Part shown: piece after piece, positions 10,095 to 20,460 of the stretch
How positions within the stretch are numbered: the first letter of the stretch is position 1
Layout of the letters: every line of letters begins with the position of its first letter
Origin: a virus
Lineage: Duplodnaviria; Heunggongvirae; Uroviricota; Caudoviricetes
Strand: one strand, 5' to 3'
IMG/VR virus record: IMGVR_UViG_2778261161_000002
Length of the DNA stretch: 64,000 nucleotides
Made by a program: the position numbers and the translations under genes
Notes under the pieces: model-generated
Database searches by the model: none
What the model was told of the DNA's origin: nothing
What the model saw: the letters and a program-made list of their open reading frames with translations, nothing else

Positions 10095-10215
10095 TAAACC
10101 GCGTTACGCCCGAATTATGGTGGGGCGTGATGGGGAGGCTTCGGCCTGCTGGTCTCACTAACGCCAGTCTGTCAACCCTGTCACGTCCTGCCACCTGTTT
10201 GACAGCGGGTAGCAG
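10095..10215 (+). ncRNA. c4-like antisense RNA region of an immI-type module
   Basis: GGTCTCACTAACGCC (10151-10165) is complementary to the direct repeats CCTGAATGTTAGTGCGG (10037-) and CCTGTTAGTGAGGCC (10224-); the latter overlaps the icd RBS; exact RNA ends unknown. Confidence 0.4.
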
Positions 10216-10245
10216 GTTGTTAAACCTGTTAGTGAGGCCGTAACT

Positions 10246-10470
10246 ATGGTTAATGCCAATCCTTGCTCACGTCCAGAATTCATCTGGCGTTTCCACTCCC
10301 TGCAAAAACACTGCGATCACTTCGCAATTGCCGCAACCGAAAAAGAAGCCCGTTCTCTGATCCCTGATCAGCATGGTGTTCTTACTGGTCGTTTCTCTAC
10401 TTCCCCACAACCAAACACTAATCCCTGGTATCGCAATATTACCAATCCCGGCATTGCGGAGGCACACTGA
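10246..10470 (+). CDS. icd: Icd-like small protein
   Basis: 74 aa ORF overlapping (ATGA) the antirepressor start; paralogue at 50240..50455. Confidence 0.45.
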   Translation: MVNANPCSRPEFIWRFHSLQKHCDHFAIAATEKEARSLIPDQHGVLTGRFSTSPQPNTNPWYRNITNPGIAEAH

Positions 10471-11177
10471 TGGATATCTGCATTCTTGAAAAGCCATCAA
10501 TGACCAGCATTGAGATCGCGGAGCTGGTGGGAAAACGTCATGACAATGTGAAGCGTACCATTGAAACATTAGCCGAATCCGGCGTTATTGTTCGTCCTCA
10601 AATTGAGGATGAACCAAAAATAGATGTAATGGGGCGTTCTCGATTAATTCAGGTGTTCCGATTTAGCGACGAGCAAGGCAAACGAGACAGTATCATTGTA
10701 GTCGCACAGCTTTGTCCTGAGTTTACTGCCCGGCTGGTGGACCGCTGGCGCGAACTGGAAGAACAAGTACGCCAGCCGTTGACCGAAATAGAGATGATCG
10801 CCGCAATGGCTGCAAATGCAGTTCAGCAGCAAAAGCGGCTTCATGCTGTTGAGTCAAAGGTTAGCCAGGTCGCTGAAACCGTCGAGCAAATCAAGAAGGG
10901 CAATATGCCAGATGGTTACATTGGCTACCGCCAGCTGGCGGCGAAATGCGGCCTGACTGAAGCCAAATGTCGCAACCTTGTCAACGCTTACCGGATTCCC
11001 ACCGATACACATGAGTTTTTAACTCCAGAGGGGGTATTGTCGCGTCGTTCCATCGTGGCCTTATCTCCCTTCATGAATGCTTTTAACCGGATGATGTCGG
11101 AGGCTGAACACCGAGGAAAACGCTGGTATCACCCCAAAATGGGGCAATTCCAGGTGATCGGTTGGGGAGGTGAGTGA
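10470..11177 (+). CDS. ant: Rha-family antirepressor-like regulator
   Basis: 235 aa; N-terminal SIEIAELVGKRHDNVKRTIETL matches the Rha domain signature as recalled; paralogue at 50455..51396. Confidence 0.55.
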   Translation: MDICILEKPSMTSIEIAELVGKRHDNVKRTIETLAESGVIVRPQIEDEPKIDVMGRSRLIQVFRFSDEQGKRDSIIVVAQLCPEFTARLVDRWRELEEQVRQPLTEIEMIAAMAANAVQQQKRLHAVESKVSQVAETVEQIKKGNMPDGYIGYRQLAAKCGLTEAKCRNLVNAYRIPTDTHEFLTPEGVLSRRSIVALSPFMNAFNRMMSEAEHRGKRWYHPKMGQFQVIGWGGE

Positions 11178-11382
11178 TGGACATCATGCAGGCGGTAAAA
11201 AAAATCAGGGAAGGACAGGCTGAAGTGTGCCGCCGTAAAGCATGGAGTGTTGGTGTATGGGCCTGGCCTGATAATTACTCTACTACCGGATGGTTTTGTA
11301 TTAATGGACTCCAGATCCGGGAAGTTGATTTATCGACGGCTGATATAGTCGGTAATGATTGGATCGTGACTTGAAGCGTGAT

Positions 11383-11407
11383 GCCCCGGCCTGGCCGGGG
11401 CTTTTTT
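11383..11407. terminator. bidirectional intrinsic terminator
   Basis: GCCCCGGCC-T-GGCCGGGGC followed by TTTTTT. Confidence 0.7.
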
Positions 11408-11892
11408 CATGCCTCATTAGTTGAGGTTGCTGCGTCTCCGACTGGTAACAGAGCGGTATTGTGTGGTTCGCCAGCAGGCCAGCGATAGCCAGACACTCTT
11501 GATGTTGGGAATGCGCGAATATTAACCGCATCCCCCTGGTTCCCACCCAAGACAAGCAGATCGCCATTGGCGCGGCGTCCGACAACGAAGCCTACGTGCC
11601 CACCGCCTACGCGGGTAAATACAACGATACATCCGTATGCCGGTGTATCTAATTTCTCGCCCCAATCCAGATAGGATTTTGCCGACTCAAATCTTGTTGA
11701 GCGGATGCCTACACGTTCCAGCATTGCACCGACAAATGCTGCGCACCACGGCGTTTCATCGTCTTTAATTCCGCCGCGCTTGATGTCGCGCCAGAACTGA
11801 ACGATTTCAGGGTTGTGTTTAGCGCCTTTTATTTCAGTCAGGCCAATGTGCTTACGGGCTTCAATTAGCCAGCGAGGTTCAATGTTTGCCAT
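11407..11892 (-). CDS. NlpC/P60-CHAP-like cysteine peptidase (phage-associated)
   Basis: 161 aa; Cys in PWCAAFVG and His in GGHVGFVVG spaced as in CHAP-type peptidases. Confidence 0.45.
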   Translation of the reverse strand: MANIEPRWLIEARKHIGLTEIKGAKHNPEIVQFWRDIKRGGIKDDETPWCAAFVGAMLERVGIRSTRFESAKSYLDWGEKLDTPAYGCIVVFTRVGGGHVGFVVGRRANGDLLVLGGNQGDAVNIRAFPTSRVSGYRWPAGEPHNTALLPVGDAATSTNEA

Positions 11893-12043
11893 ATTTTTCT
11901 CCCGGTCATGGGTTAATAAGTAGGCAAACTATGGGGAGTATGTGATTTTGACGGTAGTATCGTCCCCCTGAAAATAACATTCTCCATACCCTCTCAACCG
12001 TACCGCATAGCGGAATTTTTTACGGTTTAGAGGGGGAAATCCT

Positions 12044-15000
12044 TTGGACAAACTACTTCATTCAATCAGTGAAGCCTCCAGCTTAGGCGAACTGATTGAA
12101 ATTGTTAGTCGGTTGCATAAATTACGTGCTGTTGCGACCTTTGGCGTCAGGAAAGCCGATGGCGTCAGTATTCAGAAAACACGCCGGGCAGCAAACAATG
12201 CCGCAGTAAATCTTCTTAATTCCCTTCCGCCCGGCTTCGATGGGGCGAAATTAACTGACGAACAACGTCAGATTCTTGCTGGGTATACCGGTGAAGGCGG
12301 CCTGACAGATGGTGAGGGCAGCCAATACGAATACTACACGCCACAGTTTATGGCTGAAGGTATATGGGATCTGTTTGCTGACTACGGTATTGATGGCGGG
12401 CACGTACTGGAACCATCAGCGGGCACAGGTATTTTCCAGGAGACAAAACGGCAGGGCATGATAATGACCAGCGCCGAACTGTCTCCGATTTCTGGTCGAA
12501 TAAACCAGCTTTTGCACCCGGAAGACGATGTGAATATCGGGGCGTTTGAGGCGCTGGCGGCGAAAGATGCAATGTATGACCACGCTGTTGGTAACGTACC
12601 GTTTGGTGAAGGGCGTTCCGGCGTTGCCGGGCTTGATCCGGCATATGCAAACGAGAAGAACGTTGGCAATTACTTTGTGCTGCGCACGATCGACAAGGTT
12701 AAGCCTGGTGGGCTTATCGTATTGGTGGTGCCAAATGGCATGACCGATGGTACGAAATATAAAAAATTGCGCGATAAAGTCAGCCGTAAAGCGGAATTTT
12801 TGGGCGCGCATCGTATGCCTTCCGGTACGTTCAGTGAATCAGGTACAGATACCGTGGTGGACGTATGGGTATTGCGTAAACACCCGGAAGCCTTCCTGGA
12901 GATGATCCCCGATACGGATGATTCGACGCTCAAATCGGCAAACGTCCTTTGGGATACCTTCCTCAAAGGAAAATGGTTTACAACCGAAGGGAAGCGATTT
13001 GTTTACGGCGACATGGAACGTACCAGCTTCCGCAATACCCTGGTGGTGAAAAAAGACGGTCGTGTATCCAATGAGTCGATGAAAACCGCGCTATCTCGTC
13101 GCTTTGATAGTCGCATCAATTGGGATTTGCTCGGCGTAACTACTCAGGCATGGCAGGGCGCGAAAGTGGGCGATAAACGCCTTGTAGGCGGTATCTGGCA
13201 TGAGTTTGATGGTCTGAAATGGGTTAAGGACACGACAACCAAATCCTCCGCGCTTGATGTAAGTCGATATGGTGTTTCGACGTTTGGCGATCTGCAGATC
13301 GCGTTCCAGTCAACAAACGGGATTCTGGCTTTGTCATGGGACCAGATATCGGCGATCGCGTCCGACTATCCATCGGTTGTCAGTGATGAAGTGGCAGCAA
13401 TGATTCGCTTTGCTGGCAAGCAGCGAGAAAAAGACAGGGAGCGCGTTATGCGCGGTGCACTGATAGGTCAGTTGATCAACAAGGCACTTGATTTGCGTAA
13501 CCTGGGGGTGAACGTTGATGACAAACTGGCAGATGCATCCCGCCTGGCGGCAGCAGAAGTTGCGAAGTATGGACCACCGCACGCGATTAAGCTGAATGGG
13601 CTTGCTGAAGCTGGCGCTAAAAACTGGATGACGTTCACTGGCAATGTGAAACAGGATGGTTCCACTTCTGACCTTCTGGCAGGGCGACTTGATGTAACGG
13701 ATGGTGCTGCCGGTATTGACTTTACGCGTCCTGAACAAGTGATAGCACATCTTTTTAGTGATGTAGCCCTTAATCCTATAACGCTGGGCGACTTTCGTGA
13801 GGCGTTTGCTGGTGAACTGCCAGAGGACGACGACGCGGCCCTTGAATACCTGGCGAAATTTGATGATATCGCTATTGATGGGTATGGCTGTCTGCTGCCG
13901 ATGGACCGCGCCACCAGCGGCGATGTTGCAACCAAAACAGCACTGCTGGTGGGTTGGCGTGATGCGTCAACAGGTGAGCAGAAAGCGAACTTTGAGCGTC
14001 AGTTGGCGAAAATCGAAGAGAAACGCATTTTCACGCCACTAAATAAAGTCACCGTTAATCTGAACGCCCGCTGGCTGGATCGCCGCTTGATAAAAGAGTT
14101 CCTGGCAGAGCAGGGCTATGACGAGTTTAAGTACACTGAACCTGATCTGAAGGTCGTCGATGGCATTCTGGTATCTCCGGACGATTACGAAGGTAAGGAC
14201 GGGGTATTTACCGGCTATCAGCTACGAACCGTAAACGGCAAAAACGGGAATGAGTTCAAGAAGGCCAACAATAAAGACGGCTTCCTGAACCAGTTAGAAA
14301 ACTACCTGAACGGTGTTAAACCGCGTGGGCAGAACGCTAACGAGTACCTGGATAAAATTGCTCAACTGGAAGTTAGCTTTAACGACTGGTTACGCACTCA
14401 CCCGCAGGCTGATCAGATAGCCCGCGAGTATAACGACGCATTCAATGGTTTCATTCCGTTCACGCATTCTGACGCACCGCTTGGCCTGGAAGGGATTAGT
14501 GGAAAGCGCATTCCTCTGACTTATCAGAATGAAGAAGTTCGGCGCTTGTCAGAAGATGGGCGCGGCATCATGGGATTTGGTACCGGGCTGGGTAAAACCA
14601 CGACCGCGCTTGCGCTTGAGGCGTATAACTTCGAAACAGGTCGCACTAAACGCACGTGTATTGTTGTTCCGAAGGCGGTTTATCAGAACTGGTATCACGA
14701 GGCACAGAGTTTCTACAGTGCTGATGCCTTCGCCAATATGATGTTTATCGGTTTGGATGAAGTTCGTGATGACAGCGGAAATATTCTGACCGCGCCGGTG
14801 CTTGATGAAAATGGCGAACCACGCCTCGACAGTAACGGGCAGCCTCTTACCAGAAATGTTGTGAAAGAGTCCGCCAGCGCCGTTATCGTTCAGCGCATGA
14901 ACATGATCCCGTCGTCAAATTGGCGAACGGTCATCATGACAAAAGAACAATTCGCGTCTATCCCGCTACGAGAAAAAACCATCGAGGAGAACTCACAGCA

Positions 15001-18000
15001 AGCTGTCTTTAATGCTGTGGAAATGGGGCGTCTTGACCTGGCGTCTGGCAAACACCGTGATGCACAGAAGAAGAACAAGATTAAGGATCAGGCCGCGAAT
15101 ACCGGTACAACGAAGAAGCAGAATATCCCGTACTTTGAGGATATGAACTTCGATAGCGTGATTGCCGACGAGGGGCATAACTACCGCAACTCCTTTAATG
15201 CCGGGCGTGAAGCGGGACAACTGGCATATTTGCCTAACCCGGCAGTATCCAAGATGGCCCGCGACATGGCTGTAAAAGCTGCGTACATGATGAAACGCAA
15301 CAACGGACGTGGTGTAGTCATGCTGACGGCAACTCCGCTGGTGAACAGTCCGATTGATGCCTTCAACATGCTGTCTACTGTCATTCCGCAGGAAGAGTGG
15401 ATGCGCATGGGCATCATTACGCCTGATGATTTCGTTCGTGTGTTTGGCAAAACAGCCACAGTTCAGGTCCAGAAAATTTCCGGGGAAGTGGAAGAGAAGC
15501 AGGGGCTGGTGGGCTTCCAGAACCTTGATGGCCTGCGTGGTATTTTCCATCGTTGGACCACTCTGAAGACTGCCGCAGATGTCGGAGCGACGGTTAAAAT
15601 TCCCGACATCATCGAGAACACCTTGCAGATCCCGATGACAGGGGAGCAGGAGTCTGCTTATGAAGAACTTCGTAAGCGTGCTCAGGAGTTAAGTCGCAAT
15701 GATGAGCTGACAGTCGATGAAAACGGGCATATCACTAACGACAAACCGGATGATTTCATCTTCTCCATCATCCGTGACATGGACAAGGTTGCTATAGACC
15801 CGGATCTGTATGCCAGTGCGATTACATTCCAGTTCCCCGTTGAGCTTGCAGACCAGGTAAAAGCTATTGCTGATGCCTTGCCAAAAGTAGCTGGTGGTAA
15901 AGTGGCAGATGATGTTGATGAGGCCGAGGAAGACGGCGCTGGCGGGCTGGTCAGTACGCGTACCAGCAAGGTAGTGAAGACCGCTTTTAGTGAACATCCG
16001 ACGCATGTTGAAATACGTGCCAGCATTGAACTGGAAGCTGAAATACTGAAGGCCATTGCGGCTGCCGGTATTGATATGCAGCAGGTATCGCACCCCATCC
16101 CGCCGAAGTATGCCGCGCTGATCGAAAATCTTCGTGAAGGTCTGAAGAACGGTAAGCAGATCGTCTTTATTGATGAAAAAGCCCAGCACCAGAAGCTGCG
16201 CCGTATTATCGCCAGTGCACTGCAAATGCCGGAGCAGGAGATTGGCATTATCAATGCGACGACAGTTAGCCAGGCTGGCGGCATCAAGCTGAAGAAGGTG
16301 AATAAGCCGACCGAACCTACTCCAAACAAAAACGGTGAATACAAAGAAGGGGCATGGGAAACCTACTACAGCAAACTTGCCCAATATGAGGATTATCTCT
16401 CAGCTAAAAATGATGCTGGCCTTGAGGGCATGGAAGGTATTGCCGCCGACTATAACGAAGGTCGCACGCGCATCATAATCTGTAACAAGAAGGCTGAAGT
16501 AGGTATTAACCTGCACATCGGGACAACCGATATCCACCACCTGACACTACCCTGGACACCAGCCAGTATCGACCAACGAAATGGGCGCGGTGCGCGCATA
16601 GGTTCACCGCAAGAGAAGGTCAATGTTCACTACTATTGTGGCAAAGGCACATTCGACGACTTCCGTCTGGATACGCTGAAACGTAAGAAAGACTGGATCA
16701 AGATGGTGATGACCTCCGACATGTCAGAGATCGCCAATGGTGATGTGGATGATGCTGATGAACGCGCCATTATGCTGGCGGCAAACCCGGAAGAACGCCG
16801 CGCAATCATGGCTCGCCAGGCGCAAGAGCGTGAAGAACGTCTGAAACTGAAAGCACAGCGCGAGGCCAACAATGCTCTCGATATCTACCTGAAAGCGGCA
16901 AACGCCGCCGGAAAAGATATCGGCATGATGGAGACAGAACTGAAAAGCGCGATGGAACAGATAGAGTATTACCAGCGCAATCTTGACGACCTGATAAAAG
17001 CGGGTACGAACAGGAATGGGCAAAAATACGCGCTTGAGCAGTTGAGTAGCTACAGAAAACGTGCGCGGGTGCTGCGGTTTGCGATCACCAGGGCAAAAGA
17101 CGCGGATACCATAATGAAACGCTCTCGTGGTGATGTGGAGCGCGCTATTAAGTCTGGTGTGCTGGATATCAGTATCGATGTTATTCAGAACCCACAGGAA
17201 TATATGCGCACTGACAAGAATATCCTGTTGCATAAAGGTAGTTATTACCGTGCAGTCATTGATGATCGCGAAACAACAGCGATTGTCCGGGTGGAAAAAA
17301 TTGACGGTGAAAAAGCACAATACATCTGTCGTATCGCCTGGCTGGATAGAGCAAGTCGTTACGCTCGATCACCGGGGTCAATCGTTACATTGCCGTTTGA
17401 CTCTGTGATTGAAGCGGTAACTTTTGAAGAGGGGGTTGCTGAATCGCGCGCAACGGCTGCGCGTGGTGTTCAGTGCCACCAGCTATCAACAATACTTACT
17501 CGCGATCAGTTCTATGATGCTATTCGCAATGGGGTAATGAATGTTATTGCTGGTAAACCTGGTAATGCATGGGGCGGTGGATCAGCTATTAAATACTGGG
17601 CATATCGCACAGAAGATGGTCAGATCGCGCTGTCATCGGCCTATGATGGCGTGATAGGCCAAAAAATCGGGCGAGCATCGGATATAGCACCTGAACGATG
17701 GATATATCCTGATGGCAACGACGAGGCGCTGAAGCGTGAAGTGGCAAAAATACAAGCCAGTGATAACCCGCTGAATATCGTGGACGGAGAGGGATTCCTC
17801 CAGGCATTGTATGGGTATGATTACATCCAGGGAATGCAGGCATGGGGCGCACAGGCAACGATGGATGATGTTGCCAAGGAGTTCGAAAACTGGATGGCTG
17901 GGCGTGGTCTGTCAGGTCGTTCGCTTAATAAAGTCACTTCTGAAGATATTCTTAGCTTGTTCCGTAAACCGTCCGGAGAAGGTCTGGAATCATTCTGGAG

Positions 18001-18880
18001 GACCGTGCTGGCATACCGTTTATTCCAGGGCAGGATGAAAGCCTTTAGCAATATCGATGATATTGAACGGATGTTTAATCAGGTCAAGATCGCGAAAATT
18101 AAGGCGAAGATCGAAAAAACACGTTCTGCGCTGGTGGCCTGGCGCGATGCATTGTTTGAGCAATATAAATCACTCAGTGATGCAGATGGATGGGCGGCGC
18201 TGGAACAGTTGGCGAATAATGGGGTAGATGGGGCGAAACTCGCCATTGTCCAGGCTGATAACCCCCTGGAATCACCGGCAGCACAGTGGATTAAGGTGGG
18301 GGCTGTCATCAATGCATTTGATGAAAAACACATTAGTAAGGACGATTTTGCTGATGCTGTTTCTGTTAATCGCCTGGTAGAAATGGCTACCCGCCGCGCC
18401 CGTGAGTTGAAAGATGGCGACTATGTGAATGAGTTGCCGGATACGCTCAAATCGGCAACGTGGCAGGACTATGTATCGCTGAAAAACGGCGGGGCCACTG
18501 AATCAGAGATCGCGGAAAGGCTTGAGCAGGCTGAAAGCAAAAGAGAAGAGCAGGCGGCAGTGGCTGAAGCCAGAGCTGATGAAGCGGCAAATGATGACTA
18601 TATCATTGTGGTTAATGATAAGCCTATTCGCGCTAAGGCGCGTGTTCGCGGGCGCTGGTGGAGCGTCAGCGAGGACGTTGGCGCGGTTTATCTCATTGCC
18701 GACCAACCAGGTTCCTCGACAATACGGAACGCCAAAGACGCGATTAAGAAGATTGGCGGGCGTTTCTGGAATTTTGAAGTGAATCCGGTCGCGGATGTGG
18801 ACTTTGACCGTCCGGCGTGGATGGTATCTACGCGTTACTCGGTAGATGAACTGCGTAAAATAATCGCCGATGCGGCTTAA
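12044..18880 (+). CDS. darB: DarB-like methyltransferase-helicase giant protein
   Basis: 2278 aa; N6-adenine MTase motifs (LEPSAGTGIF, NVPFGEG) then SF2 helicase motifs (GTGLGKTTTALA, DEGHNYRN, TATPLVNSP, QRNGRGARIG). Confidence 0.8.
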   Translation: MDKLLHSISEASSLGELIEIVSRLHKLRAVATFGVRKADGVSIQKTRRAANNAAVNLLNSLPPGFDGAKLTDEQRQILAGYTGEGGLTDGEGSQYEYYTPQFMAEGIWDLFADYGIDGGHVLEPSAGTGIFQETKRQGMIMTSAELSPISGRINQLLHPEDDVNIGAFEALAAKDAMYDHAVGNVPFGEGRSGVAGLDPAYANEKNVGNYFVLRTIDKVKPGGLIVLVVPNGMTDGTKYKKLRDKVSRKAEFLGAHRMPSGTFSESGTDTVVDVWVLRKHPEAFLEMIPDTDDSTLKSANVLWDTFLKGKWFTTEGKRFVYGDMERTSFRNTLVVKKDGRVSNESMKTALSRRFDSRINWDLLGVTTQAWQGAKVGDKRLVGGIWHEFDGLKWVKDTTTKSSALDVSRYGVSTFGDLQIAFQSTNGILALSWDQISAIASDYPSVVSDEVAAMIRFAGKQREKDRERVMRGALIGQLINKALDLRNLGVNVDDKLADASRLAAAEVAKYGPPHAIKLNGLAEAGAKNWMTFTGNVKQDGSTSDLLAGRLDVTDGAAGIDFTRPEQVIAHLFSDVALNPITLGDFREAFAGELPEDDDAALEYLAKFDDIAIDGYGCLLPMDRATSGDVATKTALLVGWRDASTGEQKANFERQLAKIEEKRIFTPLNKVTVNLNARWLDRRLIKEFLAEQGYDEFKYTEPDLKVVDGILVSPDDYEGKDGVFTGYQLRTVNGKNGNEFKKANNKDGFLNQLENYLNGVKPRGQNANEYLDKIAQLEVSFNDWLRTHPQADQIAREYNDAFNGFIPFTHSDAPLGLEGISGKRIPLTYQNEEVRRLSEDGRGIMGFGTGLGKTTTALALEAYNFETGRTKRTCIVVPKAVYQNWYHEAQSFYSADAFANMMFIGLDEVRDDSGNILTAPVLDENGEPRLDSNGQPLTRNVVKESASAVIVQRMNMIPSSNWRTVIMTKEQFASIPLREKTIEENSQQAVFNAVEMGRLDLASGKHRDAQKKNKIKDQAANTGTTKKQNIPYFEDMNFDSVIADEGHNYRNSFNAGREAGQLAYLPNPAVSKMARDMAVKAAYMMKRNNGRGVVMLTATPLVNSPIDAFNMLSTVIPQEEWMRMGIITPDDFVRVFGKTATVQVQKISGEVEEKQGLVGFQNLDGLRGIFHRWTTLKTAADVGATVKIPDIIENTLQIPMTGEQESAYEELRKRAQELSRNDELTVDENGHITNDKPDDFIFSIIRDMDKVAIDPDLYASAITFQFPVELADQVKAIADALPKVAGGKVADDVDEAEEDGAGGLVSTRTSKVVKTAFSEHPTHVEIRASIELEAEILKAIAAAGIDMQQVSHPIPPKYAALIENLREGLKNGKQIVFIDEKAQHQKLRRIIASALQMPEQEIGIINATTVSQAGGIKLKKVNKPTEPTPNKNGEYKEGAWETYYSKLAQYEDYLSAKNDAGLEGMEGIAADYNEGRTRIIICNKKAEVGINLHIGTTDIHHLTLPWTPASIDQRNGRGARIGSPQEKVNVHYYCGKGTFDDFRLDTLKRKKDWIKMVMTSDMSEIANGDVDDADERAIMLAANPEERRAIMARQAQEREERLKLKAQREANNALDIYLKAANAAGKDIGMMETELKSAMEQIEYYQRNLDDLIKAGTNRNGQKYALEQLSSYRKRARVLRFAITRAKDADTIMKRSRGDVERAIKSGVLDISIDVIQNPQEYMRTDKNILLHKGSYYRAVIDDRETTAIVRVEKIDGEKAQYICRIAWLDRASRYARSPGSIVTLPFDSVIEAVTFEEGVAESRATAARGVQCHQLSTILTRDQFYDAIRNGVMNVIAGKPGNAWGGGSAIKYWAYRTEDGQIALSSAYDGVIGQKIGRASDIAPERWIYPDGNDEALKREVAKIQASDNPLNIVDGEGFLQALYGYDYIQGMQAWGAQATMDDVAKEFENWMAGRGLSGRSLNKVTSEDILSLFRKPSGEGLESFWRTVLAYRLFQGRMKAFSNIDDIERMFNQVKIAKIKAKIEKTRSALVAWRDALFEQYKSLSDADGWAALEQLANNGVDGAKLAIVQADNPLESPAAQWIKVGAVINAFDEKHISKDDFADAVSVNRLVEMATRRARELKDGDYVNELPDTLKSATWQDYVSLKNGGATESEIAERLEQAESKREEQAAVAEARADEAANDDYIIVVNDKPIRAKARVRGRWWSVSEDVGAVYLIADQPGSSTIRNAKDAIKKIGGRFWNFEVNPVADVDFDRPAWMVSTRYSVDELRKIIADAA

Positions 18881-18916
18881 CAGATAAGGAGCGGCCCCAA
18901 CCGGGGCCGAATTTGA

Positions 18917-19351
18917 ATGACGACACTAATTGACACTGTAAAACCGACGGAATCCTACCTTGAGGACATTTTGCCGCAGGCGCTCAATGGCAGGAGTGAA
19001 GAGGCGTTTCTGGATGCATATCTGAATGGCATGGTGGAAAGGCTGAAACGAGATCCACAGCTTTATCACCTTTATGGGCCGTGGTGGCCTGCGCTTAAAA
19101 CGTTATTGCTGGAGCGCGGCGACATATCATTTGGACAAGTTGTAGATAGTGATGTGGCAGAGATCTACAAAATGAGTCGCCCGGCGCTTACGGTTTTGGC
19201 TGGGCATCTGTATTCGAGCGATCGCCTGGAAAATGACGCGGTATACAATCCTGTTCATGCTCTGGAAGTCGCACCTTATGCCGATGATACAGAGCCATAC
19301 GTGTACACAAGTTACGACGAGTCTATAGAGAAATATCGAATCATGGGGTAG
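18917..19351 (+). CDS. hypothetical protein
   Basis: 144 aa ORF directly after darB. Confidence 0.45.
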   Translation: MTTLIDTVKPTESYLEDILPQALNGRSEEAFLDAYLNGMVERLKRDPQLYHLYGPWWPALKTLLLERGDISFGQVVDSDVAEIYKMSRPALTVLAGHLYSSDRLENDAVYNPVHALEVAPYADDTEPYVYTSYDESIEKYRIMG

Positions 19352-19353
19352 CC

Positions 19354-19614
19354 ATGCGAAAGAATCGTAGGTTTACGGTCGAAGACCTAAAGGAATATTC
19401 CATATCGAAGGGGTATGTCCTTGAGTTCCACCGATACAAGAAGGTTTTTACGCTGCGAAAAGCAGAAAACCCCGCGAACTGGAGCTGGGTATACTTTCCT
19501 CACACCGATGATAAGTTGGTAGAACTTGTTGATGATTTAACCTATGAAGGTTGGTTGATCGCAATCGACAAGACAATCAAAGAATTATCCGAACAGGATA
19601 AAATAACCCTTTAA
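19354..19614 (+). CDS. hypothetical protein
   Basis: 86 aa ORF, tightly spaced. Confidence 0.4.
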   Translation: MRKNRRFTVEDLKEYSISKGYVLEFHRYKKVFTLRKAENPANWSWVYFPHTDDKLVELVDDLTYEGWLIAIDKTIKELSEQDKITL

Positions 19615-19750
19615 AAATAACAGGTTGGGTAAATGCCATGCGATTTACCCTCCTTGTTGATTAAGGTCACTCTTTACTCTAAAAGCAAATCCGACCTGTT
19701 GCATATAGACCATCCTTGAGTAGTATCTCTCTTGTTTTATAAATCTAACG

Positions 19751-20245
19751 TTGTTGTTATTATTTCGCATATTTACTATCAATAGGTGTGTTAGAAAAAT
19801 AGCGCGAAAGAGAAGGCGTCGCAGTGAATATTCTGAAACATCCCCACATGCCGCAGCTCTTAGAGAACTGGAGAAAAACCCAGATCTAATCAAAAGGAAC
19901 CATGAGCATTACGAGCAGGTTCGCGTCCTGGACTGGTTGTATCGCAATATGCGTTATGTGTATGAGCATACTCACGCCACTCCAAACGGTGGCCTGCGAG
20001 GCATAAGGACGGCAATAAAAATGGTGGCAGAGGGCCAAAAGAAGGGATATCCCGATCTTTCTATAGACCTTGCTTGTGGGGGATACCACGGAATGCGCAT
20101 TGAGATGAAACATGGGAGAAATCGCCTGACTCCCGAACAACTCGTCTGGATGACCCGCCTCACTGAAGCCGGTTACTACTGCTTTGAGGCGCGCAGTGCC
20201 GCTGAAGCCATAAAAGCTATCACGGAGTATGTTTGTCTTGATTAA
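19751..20245 (+). CDS. VRR-NUC domain nuclease (start uncertain, probably near 19937-19949)
   Basis: C-terminal 100 aa carry the VRR-NUC pattern TPNGG...GYPDLSIDL...RIEMKHG...LTPEQLVWM; track start is TTG and an operator-like motif lies inside the 5-prime part. Confidence 0.5.
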   Translation: MLLLFRIFTINRCVRKIARKRRRRSEYSETSPHAAALRELEKNPDLIKRNHEHYEQVRVLDWLYRNMRYVYEHTHATPNGGLRGIRTAIKMVAEGQKKGYPDLSIDLACGGYHGMRIEMKHGRNRLTPEQLVWMTRLTEAGYYCFEARSAAEAIKAITEYVCLD

Positions 20246-20259
20246 ACGGAGAAATCGTT

Positions 20260-20460
20260 TTGCGTTTACTTAACGTGGCAGAACTTATCCCTGCAGGAAC
20301 TAATGCTATCGCTCGTCGTCGCTCATGGCAGCAGGCTCTATGTATTGAGATCTCGAAACGTATCAATGGAAGTTTTGAAGCTCGCAATATTGTTACTGGC
20401 GATAAGGTTCACATAACCCCGGAAAGTGCAAGCGCTGATGATTGGGAGTTTGTGCATTGA
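20260..20460 (+). CDS. small DUF2829-like protein (Tad2-like fold candidate)
   Basis: 66 aa; ARRRSW ... ADDWEFV fits the DUF2829 signature as recalled. Confidence 0.4.
   Translation: MRLLNVAELIPAGTNAIARRRSWQQALCIEISKRINGSFEARNIVTGDKVHITPESASADDWEFVH

Noticed and set aside
12348-17320. Antisense and alternate-frame ORFs inside darB (e.g. 12416..12811, 14993..15550, 15689..16384, 16724..17320)
   Set aside because: Fully embedded in the 2278-aa reading frame that carries coherent MTase and helicase motifs; products are low-complexity with no motifs.
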